Of a DNA stretch of 64,000 nucleotides, positions 9,921-19,964 are shown in pieces. A model generated the notes under the pieces. The model ran no database searches. It saw only the letters and a program-made list of their open reading frames with translations, and was not told where the DNA came from. Position 1 is the stretch's first letter; each line of letters starts with the position of its first letter. The stretch is from positions 19,615 to 83,614 of the forward strand of contig JAJRZX010000036.1 of the NCBI GenBank assembly GCA_024275045.1. Reading direction: 5' to 3'. This DNA comes from Deltaproteobacteria bacterium. Lineage in GTDB: Bacteria; Desulfobacterota; GWC2-55-46; JADFVP01. The position numbers and the translations under genes are program-made.

Positions 9921-11824
9921 GGCCTGTCTCCGGGAAAAAGGTCTGCTCTATGCCCTGAAGGCGATGCGGCAGAGGGAGGAGGCGAGGGGGCTTTCTGCAG
10001 CCCTTCTCTGTTGGTAAGGTACGCTTTAATGACTTTTTTTGCTATAGGGGCGGCGGCCCTTGCGCCGAAACCGCCGTGCTCTACGAGCACGGCTACCACT
10101 ATCTTGGGGTCGTCATAAGGCGCAAATCCCACGAACCAGGCGTGGTCGCGGAGTTTATATTTTATCTTCTCAAGGTCGCGCTCTCTCTCAACCATATGAG
10201 CCACCTGTGCGGTGCCGGTCTTACCGGCTATTTTAAGTGTCTTGTCCCTGAGGGTACGCGCTGTACCGGCCTTGTCCGTGACAACACCTCTCATGGCGTT
10301 TCGTATCAACTTAAGAATATGTGCAGGAATATCCACTCTGCCCTTTATCTCCGGTGTAAAGCTCTTCAGTACCTCGCCATTGGAGTCGGTTATCTTTTCC
10401 ACAAAGGACGGCCTGTATACCGTGCCCCCGTTGGCAATGGCGGCAAATGCGCTTGCCATCTGAATGGGGGTTGCCAGCATAAAACCCTGTCCAACTGCTA
10501 TGGAGATGGTCTCGCCCTGATACCACCGTTCTTTTTTTACTCTTTTTTTCCAGGCCGAGCTTGGCACGAGCCCTGGTTTTTCTCCGCCGAGATTTATCCC
10601 CGTGGCACTGCCGAGGCCAAAGGACTTTGAGTGTTTTGCCAGCGTATCAACGCCAAGCAGGAGCCCGAGCTGATAGAAAAAGGTATCAGATGACTCTATT
10701 ATGGCTCTTTTGTAGTTGATAATGCCATGACCCGCTTCTTTCCAGTCTCTGTATCCTCTGCCGGCAAAGCGGAATACAGGGCCGGAGTCAATGAGGGTAT
10801 TGGTTTGAATGACTTTTTCCGTAAGCCCGGAGGCCGCCACAATGGGCTTGAAGGTGGATGCAGGTGGGTACTGGCCCTGAATCACCCTGTTGGTCATGGG
10901 GTGGAGGGGGTCTCTTATGAGGCTGTTCCAGTCTTTGTGCGTAATGCCCGCTGAGATTTTATTGGGGTCAAAGGACGGAGAGCTCAGCATGGCAAGCACT
11001 CTGCCTGTCTTTGGCTCAAGGGCTACAATGGCCCCGGCATTCGCGCCCATGGCCTGCCACGCGGCAAGCTGAGTCTTAATGTCTATTGTAAGGGTTACTT
11101 CATGACCGGGAAAAGGCGGGGTCCAGCCAAGGACGTTTATCTTACGGCCAAGAGCGTCTACCTCAAGGTCCTTAAATCCGTCCGTGCCGCGAAGGTACTC
11201 CTCGATGCTCTTTTCAAGACCGTATTTGCCAAGGTAGTCTCCCGCGTCGTAGCCGCTGGATTTGAGTTTTTTAAGCTCCTCAATATTCAGCTCTCCAAGA
11301 TACCCTATAAGGTGTGAGAGCGCTCTGCCGTAGATGTACTCTCTCTTTGGCGTTACATCAAGCATGACTCCGTTCATCTCGAAGTTAAAGGACTCTATCT
11401 TTACGGTCTCTTCCCAGGAGAGGTCTTCTTTGAGTTTTACGGCTCTAAACGGCGGCCGTCCGCTTGCCCTTTTTAGCCTCTCGTTTATGGTCTGCTCTGT
11501 AAGTCCCGTGAGTTTATTAAGCATGGACTTTGTCCCGGGCCAGTCCGTAACATCCTCGGGGATTATGTACAGATCAAAGCCGGGTCGATTTATCACGAGT
11601 TTAATGCCGTTGCGGTCATAGATAATGCCGCGCGGGGCCTGAGACTTTACTGTACGGGTTTTGTTGTGCCGTGACTGCAGGCCGTAGTACGAGCCTTTCA
11701 TTATCTGAAGGTGCCAGAGCCGTACTATGAGGACGAAGAAGAGTATGGCTGCCAGTATGGTTGCCAGATAAACTCTTTTTTTAAACTGAAGAGGTTCTTT
11801 TTCCTGAAAGTATCTCTCACCCAT
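9917..11824 (-). CDS. mrdA: Penicillin-binding protein 2 (elongasome transpeptidase)
   Basis: An N-terminal TM anchor followed by a PBP dimerisation domain and a transpeptidase domain (SxxK, SxN, KTG motifs). Confidence 0.9.
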   Translation of the reverse strand: MGERYFQEKEPLQFKKRVYLATILAAILFFVLIVRLWHLQIMKGSYYGLQSRHNKTRTVKSQAPRGIIYDRNGIKLVINRPGFDLYIIPEDVTDWPGTKSMLNKLTGLTEQTINERLKRASGRPPFRAVKLKEDLSWEETVKIESFNFEMNGVMLDVTPKREYIYGRALSHLIGYLGELNIEELKKLKSSGYDAGDYLGKYGLEKSIEEYLRGTDGFKDLEVDALGRKINVLGWTPPFPGHEVTLTIDIKTQLAAWQAMGANAGAIVALEPKTGRVLAMLSSPSFDPNKISAGITHKDWNSLIRDPLHPMTNRVIQGQYPPASTFKPIVAASGLTEKVIQTNTLIDSGPVFRFAGRGYRDWKEAGHGIINYKRAIIESSDTFFYQLGLLLGVDTLAKHSKSFGLGSATGINLGGEKPGLVPSSAWKKRVKKERWYQGETISIAVGQGFMLATPIQMASAFAAIANGGTVYRPSFVEKITDSNGEVLKSFTPEIKGRVDIPAHILKLIRNAMRGVVTDKAGTARTLRDKTLKIAGKTGTAQVAHMVERERDLEKIKYKLRDHAWFVGFAPYDDPKIVVAVLVEHGGFGARAAAPIAKKVIKAYLTNREGLQKAPSPPPSAASPSGHRADLFPGDRP

Positions 11825-11833
11825 GTATGGTTC

Positions 11834-12313
11834 TTACCTCTCGAAGGCATGGGTGGATACATGTGACTCAAGGCGCTCGAGAAGGTTCATTACAAAGGGG
11901 GCGAAGACAGCGGTAAGGACGACCTGAACAAGGGTTACGGAGCTGAGCCAGAGGTCGCTGTTAATGGAGGTCATGATGGCGTAGATAAGAAAGACCTTCA
12001 TGGAGGCAAGGCAGAGGGCCGTAAGGGCTCTGACGGCAGGGGCGTTGAAGTGGAGCCTCTTTGTCAGCAGGTATACGGCCACAAATACGGCCATAAAAGA
12101 GAAGGAGGTGGAGCCTATGACACCGCCGATTAATATGTCCTCAAGGTAGCCCATGGCAAAACACACAAACACCCCGGCTGTAGATGGTTTTTTTGCCGCT
12201 ATGTAGAATACGATGATAAGGAGCACATCAGGCAGCGGCACAGAGGGCATTATGGTGCTCTCTATAATGAGATAGAGAATAGATATGAGAAAGAGGCTGA
12301 TGTAATCCCGCAT
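11834..12313 (-). CDS. mreD: Rod shape-determining protein MreD
   Basis: A small polytopic membrane protein sitting between mreC and mrdA. Confidence 0.6.
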   Translation of the reverse strand: MRDYISLFLISILYLIIESTIMPSVPLPDVLLIIVFYIAAKKPSTAGVFVCFAMGYLEDILIGGVIGSTSFSFMAVFVAVYLLTKRLHFNAPAVRALTALCLASMKVFLIYAIMTSINSDLWLSSVTLVQVVLTAVFAPFVMNLLERLESHVSTHAFER

Positions 12314-12359
12314 AATAGTAGTTTCGCTTCTTAAAAGTCTGAGACCCCTCCGGGTGGGC

Positions 12360-13190
12360 CTATTGTTTTGTTCCCGATGGTTTCAGTACTACAAGGACGT
12401 CCTCAATGCTCTTGAAATCAACCTGAGGGGTAACCTCAATGTAGTTAAAGAAGTTGTCTCTGCCTTTTTTAACTGTTGTTACCTCGCCTATTATAAGGCC
12501 CTTTGGAAAGAGACCTGAGAAACCCGAGGTAATGACCTTGTCTCCGGCTCTCACATCATCAAGCTCGCGAACGTATTTTAAGACTATCATGCCTTTGCCG
12601 TTGCCCTCGGCTATGGCCTTTACCCTGGTGCGTTCAACCATGGACTCGATATTGGAGCGCGGATCGGTATTAAGCAGAACCGTTGCCGTTGAGGGAGTGA
12701 CCTCTATAATGCGCCCTACGATGCCCGTTGGACTCAATACTGCCATGTTAGACTCCAGCCCGTCTGCCGAGCCTTTGTTAATCACAGCCGTACTTGTCCA
12801 TTTTGCCGTGTTGTAGGCTATGATGCCGGCAGAGGTAGTCTTAAGGGCGCTCTGCTCTTTATACTGGAGCAGTTCCTTTAACCTGCCAGATAATTTAAGC
12901 TCTTCTTTCAGGCGCTGATTCTCTCCTGCCATGGCCACAAGTGCCTTACGGTACCGCTCGTTCTCTTTTTTAGTGCCAACTACTGCGACGTAATTGTCTA
13001 CCGCGCCCGAACCTGTTCTGTATATGGATAGGATAGAGTTCTGCAGAGGGGTAAGCGTAACTGCAAGAAGCCTTTTTATCACATAACCTCTCTCACCTAC
13101 GCTCGTGTCCGTAAGGGCAAGGTGAAGAGAGAAGAGGGCGAGAAGCCCGGATATGATGATAATATGATTTTTTCTTATAAAGGCGTTCAT
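12360..13190 (-). CDS. mreC: Rod shape-determining protein MreC
   Basis: An N-terminal TM segment, a coiled coil and the MreC beta domain. Confidence 0.85.
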   Translation of the reverse strand: MNAFIRKNHIIIISGLLALFSLHLALTDTSVGERGYVIKRLLAVTLTPLQNSILSIYRTGSGAVDNYVAVVGTKKENERYRKALVAMAGENQRLKEELKLSGRLKELLQYKEQSALKTTSAGIIAYNTAKWTSTAVINKGSADGLESNMAVLSPTGIVGRIIEVTPSTATVLLNTDPRSNIESMVERTRVKAIAEGNGKGMIVLKYVRELDDVRAGDKVITSGFSGLFPKGLIIGEVTTVKKGRDNFFNYIEVTPQVDFKSIEDVLVVLKPSGTKQ

Positions 13191-13486
13191 GACGTATTTT
13201 ACCTGTGAGCGGAGTAGTTGTTTAATCTCTGTCTGAGTGATGCCGCGGGCAGCGCCCGGCTGAGTGAGAGTGTGGATGAAAACCGCAAGCGTGAAGCGGT
13301 AGTTTTTTACAGCGGGCCCTGATTCTCTGTCAATGCCCAGGGGGTTTTATTTTTTGAGCCGTACCCAATATGCCTTGGCCGCCCTTTTAGTGCCTTCGTG
13401 CCCCTCTTGTGCCTTTGTGCCATCCTGCTTCCCATCTGCCCCTTAGCCGAGTATTGCCCCTTTATACCATTTTGCTTCCCACTTGC

Positions 13487-13620
13487 CCCTCTCGCCCTTT
13501 CGCCCAATTACTCTCTCTCCCACTTGCCCCCTCTCGCCCTTTCGCCCCATTACTCTCTTTCCCACACGCCCCTCGCCCTTTCGCCCCATTACTCTCTTTC
13601 CCACACGCCCCTCGCCCCTT
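13487..13620. repeat. About 3.5 tandem copies of a ~40-bp C-rich unit (G-rich on the mre coding strand) in the mreB-mreC intergenic region.
   Basis: The unit is ctcgccctttcgccccattactctctttcccacacgcccc. Copies fall at ~13491, 13533 and 13573, with degenerate copies flanking. The ORF-track ORFs 13398..13703 and 13409..13630 are translations of this repeat. Confidence 0.8.
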
Positions 13621-13626
13621 GGTGCC

Positions 13627-14658
13627 TTAGTTGGGCAGGGTTACTTCTTTTAAGAGGGTTATCTCGTCAAGGAGTCTGCCCGCGCCTTTTACAACGCATG
13701 TGAGAGGGTCCTCGGCAATGGTTACGGGGAGCATGGTCTCTTCGCGAAGTATTACATCAAGGTTTTTTATAAGCGCCCCTCCGCCGGCAAGTACAAGACC
13801 TTTGTCAACAAGGTCTGCGGCAAGCTCCGGAGGAGTGGTCTCAAGTACGTGTTTTATGGCGTCAATGAGTGCGCTGATAGGTTCGTTCATGGCCTCGCGT
13901 ATCTCCTGACCGCCTATCTCCAGTGTGGTGGGTATGCCTGTGATGAGGTTGGAACCCTTTATCTCCATTCTGGCGGTATCGTCATCAGGCAGCGGCAGCC
14001 CGAAACGCATCTTTATGTTCTCGGCGATACCTGTGCCCACGGCAAGGTTGTATTTTCTTTTAATGTACTGCGAGATTACCTGATCAAGCATGTCTCCGCC
14101 AACGCGTATTGACTTTGAGCGCACTATGCCCGCAAGTGAGATAACGGCTATCTCCGAGGTGCCGCCGCCGATGTCCACTATCATGTTGCCCGAGGGCTCT
14201 GTGATTGGAAGACCCGCTCCAATGGCCGCGGCCATTGGTTCCTCGATAAGGTAGACCTCTGAGGCCCCGGCGGAGTAGGCTGATTCTTTAACTGCTCGTT
14301 TCTCCACCTGCGTAATGCCCGAGGGTACGCCTACGATGATGCGGGGGCGCACAAAGAACTTTCTGTTGTGAACCTTGGCGATAAAATATTTCAGCATCTC
14401 TTCGGTTATCTCAAAGTCGGCTATGACGCCGTCTTTTAAGGGCCGTATGGCTGAGATATTGCCCGGGGTCTTGCCGAGCATGGCCTTGGCGTCTTTGCCT
14501 ACAGCAAGAACGCGCTGACTCCCGCCGTCGCGTTTTACGGCAACCACTGAGGGCTCGTTGGTTACTATGCCTTTGCCTTTTACGTATATAAGGGTGCTTG
14601 CCGTGCCAAGGTCTATGGCAAGGTCATTTGAGAATATATTCAGAAATTTGTTAAGCAT
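13627..14658 (-). CDS. mreB: Actin-like rod shape-determining protein MreB
   Basis: A highly conserved actin/Hsp70 fold (DLGTASTLIYV..., DIGGGTSEIAVISL). Confidence 0.95.
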   Translation of the reverse strand: MLNKFLNIFSNDLAIDLGTASTLIYVKGKGIVTNEPSVVAVKRDGGSQRVLAVGKDAKAMLGKTPGNISAIRPLKDGVIADFEITEEMLKYFIAKVHNRKFFVRPRIIVGVPSGITQVEKRAVKESAYSAGASEVYLIEEPMAAAIGAGLPITEPSGNMIVDIGGGTSEIAVISLAGIVRSKSIRVGGDMLDQVISQYIKRKYNLAVGTGIAENIKMRFGLPLPDDDTARMEIKGSNLITGIPTTLEIGGQEIREAMNEPISALIDAIKHVLETTPPELAADLVDKGLVLAGGGALIKNLDVILREETMLPVTIAEDPLTCVVKGAGRLLDEITLLKEVTLPN

Positions 14659-14734
14659 GGTCTCTCCAAGGTAAATTTTTATAACTTTATCAGAAGGATG
14701 TGTCTTTTGGCAAGGATAAAAAACAATAAAAAGG

Positions 14735-14763
14735 TTGCACTGAGAGAGAATATTCCTTAATAT
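14735..14763 (+). promoter_or_regulatory. Putative sigma70-type promoter for ppiD (-35 TTGCAC, 17 bp spacer, -10 TAATAT)
   Basis: A sequence match in the mreB/ppiD divergent intergenic region. Confidence 0.35.
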
Positions 14764-14837
14764 TTAACACTAATACAGGTGCTCAAATATGTGACACTTA
14801 TTACAAACGCCGTTGTAACTGGAGGAAAAACAACTTT

Positions 14838-16763
14838 ATGCTTGAGAGTATACGTCAAAAGACAAAATCAATCTATGTTTTGTTTGTTTTCGCCGCCATT
14901 ATTCTGGTCTTTGTCTTCTGGGGAGTTGGCCCGGGAGGCGGAGGGCGTTCGGGTAACGCCGTGGCAGTCGTTAATGGAGATTCCATAGATATGAAGGAGT
15001 ATCTGGGACTTCATAAGAGGCTAACAAATTATTACCGAAATATGCTGAAGGGTAATTTTACCCCTGAGGTTGAGAAGAGCCTTAACCTTAAGGATAGCGC
15101 CGTATCTATCCTTATAGACAGGCGTCTGGCTGTTATGGCGGCGAAGAGCGAGGGGGTGAATGTCTCCAAGCAGGAGATTCAGGACGCCATAGGTTCAATG
15201 GAGGCCTTTCAGAAGAACGGCACCTTTGATCAGGATACTTATTTTAAGGCCCTAAACGGTGAGCGTATAAAACCCGCGGAGTTTGAGGAGGATGTTCGCA
15301 GAGACATTCTCGTGGACAAGGTGAGGGCAAAGGTTGTTAAAGACGTCACTGTTACCGAGAGTGATGTGAAGAATGCCTTTATGAAGGAGAATAGAGAGAT
15401 AAACTTTTCCTATGCCCTTATAAACGCCTCGGATTTGAAGGGGGCAGTGAAGGTTACGGATGAAGAGGCCCGGCAGTACCTTATGGAACACTCCACGGAT
15501 TTTGTCCTTCCCGCCAAGGTGAAGGCTGTATACGTCTATGGCGAGTTCAAGGCATTTAAAAAGGCTGCGGCCGTAAGCGATAAAGATATAAAGGAGTATT
15601 ACGAGAAACACAAGGAGTCTTTTACGGTTCCGGAAGAGATACACGCGCGCCATATTCTGATACGCCCTGACATAAAAAAAGGTACGGACCGCGATGCCGC
15701 CCGTAAGGCCGCCAGAGAAAAGGCCGAGGGTTTACTTAAGAGAATAAAGGCAGGTGAGGACTTTATTGAGCTTGCCAAGAAGTACTCAGGGGACCCCGGT
15801 TCCGCAAAAAAAGGCGGAGATCTTGGCTGGTTTCCACGGGGTGTAATGATGAAGGAGTTTGAGAAGGCTGCTTTTGTTTTAAAGAAGGGTGAGGTGAGTG
15901 AGATTGTTGATACTCCCTTTGGCTCTCATATCATCAGGCTGGAGGGGCGAAAGCCTGCGGTTGCAAAACCCTTGAGTGCTGAGCGTGATTCAATTAAAAA
16001 GATACTTGCCGTTGATAAAGCAAAGGAAAGGGCTCATAGCGCCATAGAGTCCATTGAAGGTGCTTTTATGAAGAGCAATGACGTAAAGGTACTGGAGCAG
16101 GCCGTTAAGAAGACAAAAGGTCTGACCTTTCATGAGACAGAGCTCTTTGACGCCAGGCATTTTGAGCCTACCCTTGCAGGATTGGCGCAGGTAAAGGACT
16201 CGCTCTTTCTCATGAACATGGGTGACGTGAGCGAGACTATAAAGACCCCTGAGGGGTATTACCTTGTAAAGGTCGTTGAGAGAGTGGACGCAAGGATACC
16301 TCAGTTCGAAGAGGTGAAAGACAAGGTCACGGCTAAGCTTATTGCGATTAAATCCGTAAGCGCAGCCAGGAGAGAGGCCGAGGCAGTGCTTAAGGCATTG
16401 AAAGAGGGCAAGAAGCTCAAGGACGTGGCCGCCGAGAAGGGGCTGAAGGTGGATGAGACAGGGTTCTTTGCCATTACCAACGCAGGTATACCCGGCACAA
16501 AGCTCTCTACCGCTGCCTACAGCGGGCTCTTTGACCTTAACGCCGAGAAGCCCGTATTTGAGAAAACCCTCTCAGCCGGTGACAAATTCTATGTCATGGT
16601 CTGGAAGGCATCAAAAGAGGCGGATATAAGCAAGTTGACCGGCGACTTGAAGAAGGCTTTTACAGAGAGGCTTCAGGCGTCTAAAGAAGATGAGGCGATA
16701 AATAAGTGGATAGGTACACTTAGAAAAAAAGCAGACATACAGGTATTCCAGGACCGTATGTAG
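14838..16763 (+). CDS. ppiD: Periplasmic chaperone and peptidyl-prolyl isomerase PpiD (parvulin domain)
   Basis: An N-terminal TM anchor, a SurA-like N-domain and a parvulin PPIase motif (HILI...GGDLGWF). Confidence 0.75.
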   Translation: MLESIRQKTKSIYVLFVFAAIILVFVFWGVGPGGGGRSGNAVAVVNGDSIDMKEYLGLHKRLTNYYRNMLKGNFTPEVEKSLNLKDSAVSILIDRRLAVMAAKSEGVNVSKQEIQDAIGSMEAFQKNGTFDQDTYFKALNGERIKPAEFEEDVRRDILVDKVRAKVVKDVTVTESDVKNAFMKENREINFSYALINASDLKGAVKVTDEEARQYLMEHSTDFVLPAKVKAVYVYGEFKAFKKAAAVSDKDIKEYYEKHKESFTVPEEIHARHILIRPDIKKGTDRDAARKAAREKAEGLLKRIKAGEDFIELAKKYSGDPGSAKKGGDLGWFPRGVMMKEFEKAAFVLKKGEVSEIVDTPFGSHIIRLEGRKPAVAKPLSAERDSIKKILAVDKAKERAHSAIESIEGAFMKSNDVKVLEQAVKKTKGLTFHETELFDARHFEPTLAGLAQVKDSLFLMNMGDVSETIKTPEGYYLVKVVERVDARIPQFEEVKDKVTAKLIAIKSVSAARREAEAVLKALKEGKKLKDVAAEKGLKVDETGFFAITNAGIPGTKLSTAAYSGLFDLNAEKPVFEKTLSAGDKFYVMVWKASKEADISKLTGDLKKAFTERLQASKEDEAINKWIGTLRKKADIQVFQDRM

Positions 16764-16793
16764 CCTGCTGTTGCCGGGAGATAAAAAAAGAAT

Positions 16794-18512
16794 ATGCGTT
16801 TTTCAAGGATGCTCCTGCCCACGTTAAAGGAGTCGCCCGCTGATGCCGAGGTTATGAGCCAGCGTCTCATGGTACGTGCGGGTATGATAAAAAAAGTCGC
16901 TGCCGGGATTTACGAGATACTTCCCCTTGGTCTGCGTGTGCTTAGAAAGGTAGAGAACATCGTGCGCCAGGAGATGGACAGGGCAGGGGCCGCAGAGGTG
17001 AGCCTTCCTGTTGTCATACCCTCTGAGCTCTGGAAAGAGAGCGGCAGATGGGATAAGTACGGTCCTGAGCTGCTGCGTGTAAGAGATCGTCATAACCGTG
17101 AGTTCTGCATAGGCCCAACGCACGAGGAGGTTATCACCGATATGGTGCGCGGCTCGGTGCGTTCATACCGTCAGCTCCCTCTTAACCTCTATCAGATACA
17201 GACCAAGTTCCGTGATGAGATACGCCCGCGTTTTGGACTTATGCGCGGCAGAGAATTTGTCATGAAGGACGCCTATTCCTTTCATGCTGATGAGCGGTGC
17301 GCTGAGGCTGAGTATAAAAACATGCTCGAGGCATATACACGGATATTTCAGCGCTGCGGCCTTGAGTTTCGCGCCGTGGAGGCTGAGTCCGGGGCCATTG
17401 GCGGGAGCTTTTCACATGAGTTCATGGTCCTTACCGATACAGGCGAGGACGAGGTGGCGGCCTGCGGGTCCTGTGAGTACGCAGCAAACGTGGAGCGTGC
17501 CGAGGTGCGCCCTCCGGTTGATAAAGAGCCATCTCTATCGGAAAAAAGCATAAACCCAATAGAGTCCGTAAGCACACCGGGAAAAAAGACCGTTGAGCAA
17601 GTGAGCGCATTTCTCGGCGTAGAACCTGCGGCTCTTATAAAAACCCTTATCTACGATACCGACAAGGGCCCTGTAGCGGCCCTTGTGCGCGGAGACCTTG
17701 AGCTCAATGAGATGAAGCTCGCAAGGGTTTTTGATGTCTCTGATGTGGCGCTTGCCGATGAGGAGACTGTCAGCGATGTAACAGGCGCGCCCTCGGGTTT
17801 CGCAGGTCCCGTGGGGCTGAAGATTCCCATATATGCTGATTACAGTCTGCTGGGGATGTGCGGTGCCGTAACAGGCGGTAATGAAGCGGATACTCATATT
17901 CGGAACGTCTTGCCGGGCAGAGATTTTGAGGCTACATACTGCGACCTTGCCTTTGCGCGCACAGGTGACGGCTGTCCGCGATGTGAGGGAACTCTTACGC
18001 TTAGAAGGGGCATAGAGGTTGGCCACGTCTTTAAGCTTGGCACAAAGTACAGCGAGTCCATGGGAGCCACTATTCTTGATGCCAATGGTAAGGAGCGACC
18101 CATGATAATGGGGTGTTACGGCATTGGCATCGGCAGGACAGCGGCGGCTGCCATTGAGCAGAACCATGACGAGGCGGGTATAATATGGCCCCCGGGGCTT
18201 GCCCCCTTTGCCGTAGAGGTCCTTGTGATTAAGGTGAAGGACGAGACCTCCATGAGCGCTGCCGAGGGTATTTATAATGAGCTTACAGAGGCCGGTGTTG
18301 AGACGCTCTTTGATGAGAGGAACGTAAGGGCGGGGATAAAATTCAAGGACGCGGATCTAATCGGTATACCCGTAAGAATTACCATAGGGGAGAGAAACCT
18401 TGCCGAGGGCCTTGTTGAGGTAAAGGTGAGGGCCACGGGCGAAGAGAACAAAGTCAAGGTGGAAGATACCGTTACCGAGGTGCAGAGGCTTTTGAAGGAG
18501 CTTGGCGGGTAG
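16794..18512 (+). CDS. proS: Prolyl-tRNA synthetase (bacterial type with editing insertion)
   Basis: A 572 aa class II aaRS with motifs 1-3, an INS editing domain and a C-terminal anticodon-binding domain. Confidence 0.95.
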   Translation: MRFSRMLLPTLKESPADAEVMSQRLMVRAGMIKKVAAGIYEILPLGLRVLRKVENIVRQEMDRAGAAEVSLPVVIPSELWKESGRWDKYGPELLRVRDRHNREFCIGPTHEEVITDMVRGSVRSYRQLPLNLYQIQTKFRDEIRPRFGLMRGREFVMKDAYSFHADERCAEAEYKNMLEAYTRIFQRCGLEFRAVEAESGAIGGSFSHEFMVLTDTGEDEVAACGSCEYAANVERAEVRPPVDKEPSLSEKSINPIESVSTPGKKTVEQVSAFLGVEPAALIKTLIYDTDKGPVAALVRGDLELNEMKLARVFDVSDVALADEETVSDVTGAPSGFAGPVGLKIPIYADYSLLGMCGAVTGGNEADTHIRNVLPGRDFEATYCDLAFARTGDGCPRCEGTLTLRRGIEVGHVFKLGTKYSESMGATILDANGKERPMIMGCYGIGIGRTAAAAIEQNHDEAGIIWPPGLAPFAVEVLVIKVKDETSMSAAEGIYNELTEAGVETLFDERNVRAGIKFKDADLIGIPVRITIGERNLAEGLVEVKVRATGEENKVKVEDTVTEVQRLLKELGG

Positions 18513-18663
18513 AGGGGGCCGCGGTTTGTTGTTTTTCGCTTACGCTCTACCCAACCTCTTTTGGCTTGACAGCCAAGACTGTATCTGCAGGGCTGATCTT
18601 ATTACCTGGATTTTTAAGAGAAGAAGAAAACTCTGCGAGAAGGGGGAGGAGCTTTTAAATTAA

Positions 18664-19092
18664 TTAATCACCATAAACAGTATATCCATTACGCCTTAAC
18701 CATCCGTGTTGATCGAAGCTGAGGCGTCTCGTTGAGCTGTAGTTATTGCAACCAAAAATCCTGGCCCAACCAGTTGTTTCCAGTTTATCCACCTTAATAC
18801 CGAGCACATAGGCGGCTAACTTGTCATGATAGTAGGCCGGGCATCCGTAGAACCGGCCCTCACGTGAGAGCCATCCGGCCTTATATTCACTGTTGTAGAG
18901 CGGAGTTCTGGACCAGTCAAGATCTGTTATCTCGTCAATATCCACTTTCTTGGAGATTATATCCAAGGCATCTTTTGCGGGATATTTGCCCTTTACGAAG
19001 TTCTCCCATTTATCTCCACTGTCTCTCATCCAGAAGAACGGCCGTTGCGTCATGTCTTTGTCTTCCGCAAGCGAGACAAGATAATAGACCAT
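18664..19092 (-). CDS. Hypothetical protein (142 aa when started at MVYYLVSL... behind an AAGGGGG RBS). No recognisable domain.
   Basis: An ORF in the low-GC island, divergent from the transglutaminase-like gene. The longer ORF-track start at 19146 lacks an RBS. Confidence 0.4.
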   Translation of the reverse strand: MVYYLVSLAEDKDMTQRPFFWMRDSGDKWENFVKGKYPAKDALDIISKKVDIDEITDLDWSRTPLYNSEYKAGWLSREGRFYGCPAYYHDKLAAYVLGIKVDKLETTGWARIFGCNNYSSTRRLSFDQHGWLRRNGYTVYGD

Positions 19093-19120
19093 GACAATAC
19101 CCCCCCCCCTTAAAAGTAAT

Positions 19121-19144
19121 TTCGCAGGGTGAGCATGGCCCACC
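19121..19144 (+). repeat. 24-bp direct repeat R1 (AGGGTGAGCATGGCCCACCAATAC)
   Basis: Matches R2 at 19965-19988 at 22 of 24 positions. Together they bracket the transglutaminase-like gene. Confidence 0.7.
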
Positions 19145-19269
19145 AATACTAAATTTAGATGAGAATGGATTTATTCTACCTTAATTTTCAGAAAGATACA
19201 ATAAACCTTTTTTACTAACCTTCTTTTTCTCGTTTTTATCAGCCGCGCAGGCTTGATTGTACTCTTAAC

Positions 19270-19863
19270 TTGAAAACAATTATGGAAAAATACCTTAAAT
19301 CAACAGAGATTATTGATTGGACTAACCCTTCAATAATGGAATTAGCTGAAAAGCCGTCTCATGGCGCTGTCTCTGATGAAGTGGTTGCAAAGAGGACCTT
19401 TGAATGGGTGAGGGATAATATCAGGCATAGCCTTGATTTTAAGCTGAACCCCGTAACCTGCAAAGCTTCTGAAGTCCTATTACATAAGACAGGTTATTGT
19501 TACGCAAAGAGCCACCTTCTTGCCGCCTTGCTTCGTGCCAACGGCATTCCAGCCGGTCTATGTTATCAAAGGTTAAGTATTGACGGCCATGGAAGCCAAT
19601 ACTCACTTCACGGCCTTAATGCGGTGCATTTGAAGAATTATGGATGGTACCGTATTGACGCGCGCGGCAACAAAGCGGGTGTTGACGCCCAATTCTGCCC
19701 TCCTCAGGAACAGCTGGCCTTTACAACAGATATGAGGCTTGAGGCGGACCTGCCTGAGATATGGGATGAGCCTTTAAAGGTTGTTGTTGAGACGCTATCA
19801 AGGTGTAAGACATATCTTGAGGTATATAAAAATCTGCCTGATATGGCGGTTATAAAACCGTAG
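19270..19863 (+). CDS. Transglutaminase-like cysteine protease superfamily protein (TGc)
   Basis: A Cys-His-Asp triad in the right context: GYCYAKSHLLAALLRANGIPA ... HGLNAVHL ... YRIDARGN. Confidence 0.6.
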   Translation: MKTIMEKYLKSTEIIDWTNPSIMELAEKPSHGAVSDEVVAKRTFEWVRDNIRHSLDFKLNPVTCKASEVLLHKTGYCYAKSHLLAALLRANGIPAGLCYQRLSIDGHGSQYSLHGLNAVHLKNYGWYRIDARGNKAGVDAQFCPPQEQLAFTTDMRLEADLPEIWDEPLKVVVETLSRCKTYLEVYKNLPDMAVIKP

Positions 19864-19964
19864 TTTTGTAGGATGGGTGAAGTGAAACGTAACCCATCAA
19901 ATCATGATCTTCCAAATCAACCTCTCTTGCTCTTTCGCCCAATCGTTTTATTAATTGTTTTGTA

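Noticed and set aside
13191-13430. Internal promoter for mreC (TTGACA...TAAAAA on the minus strand) and a GCCCAGGGGG hairpin
   Set aside because: The spacer is 18 bp with a weak -10, and the hairpin is only 3-4 bp with no U-tract in the transcribed orientation. It is noted only as a possibility.
13398-13703. ORF-track ORFs 13398..13703 and 13409..13630 encode proline/leucine/serine repeat peptides (PLALSPHYSLSHT...).
   Set aside because: They are direct translations of the 40-bp tandem DNA repeat in the mreB-mreC spacer. There is no RBS or start context, and the repeat is better explained at the nucleotide level.
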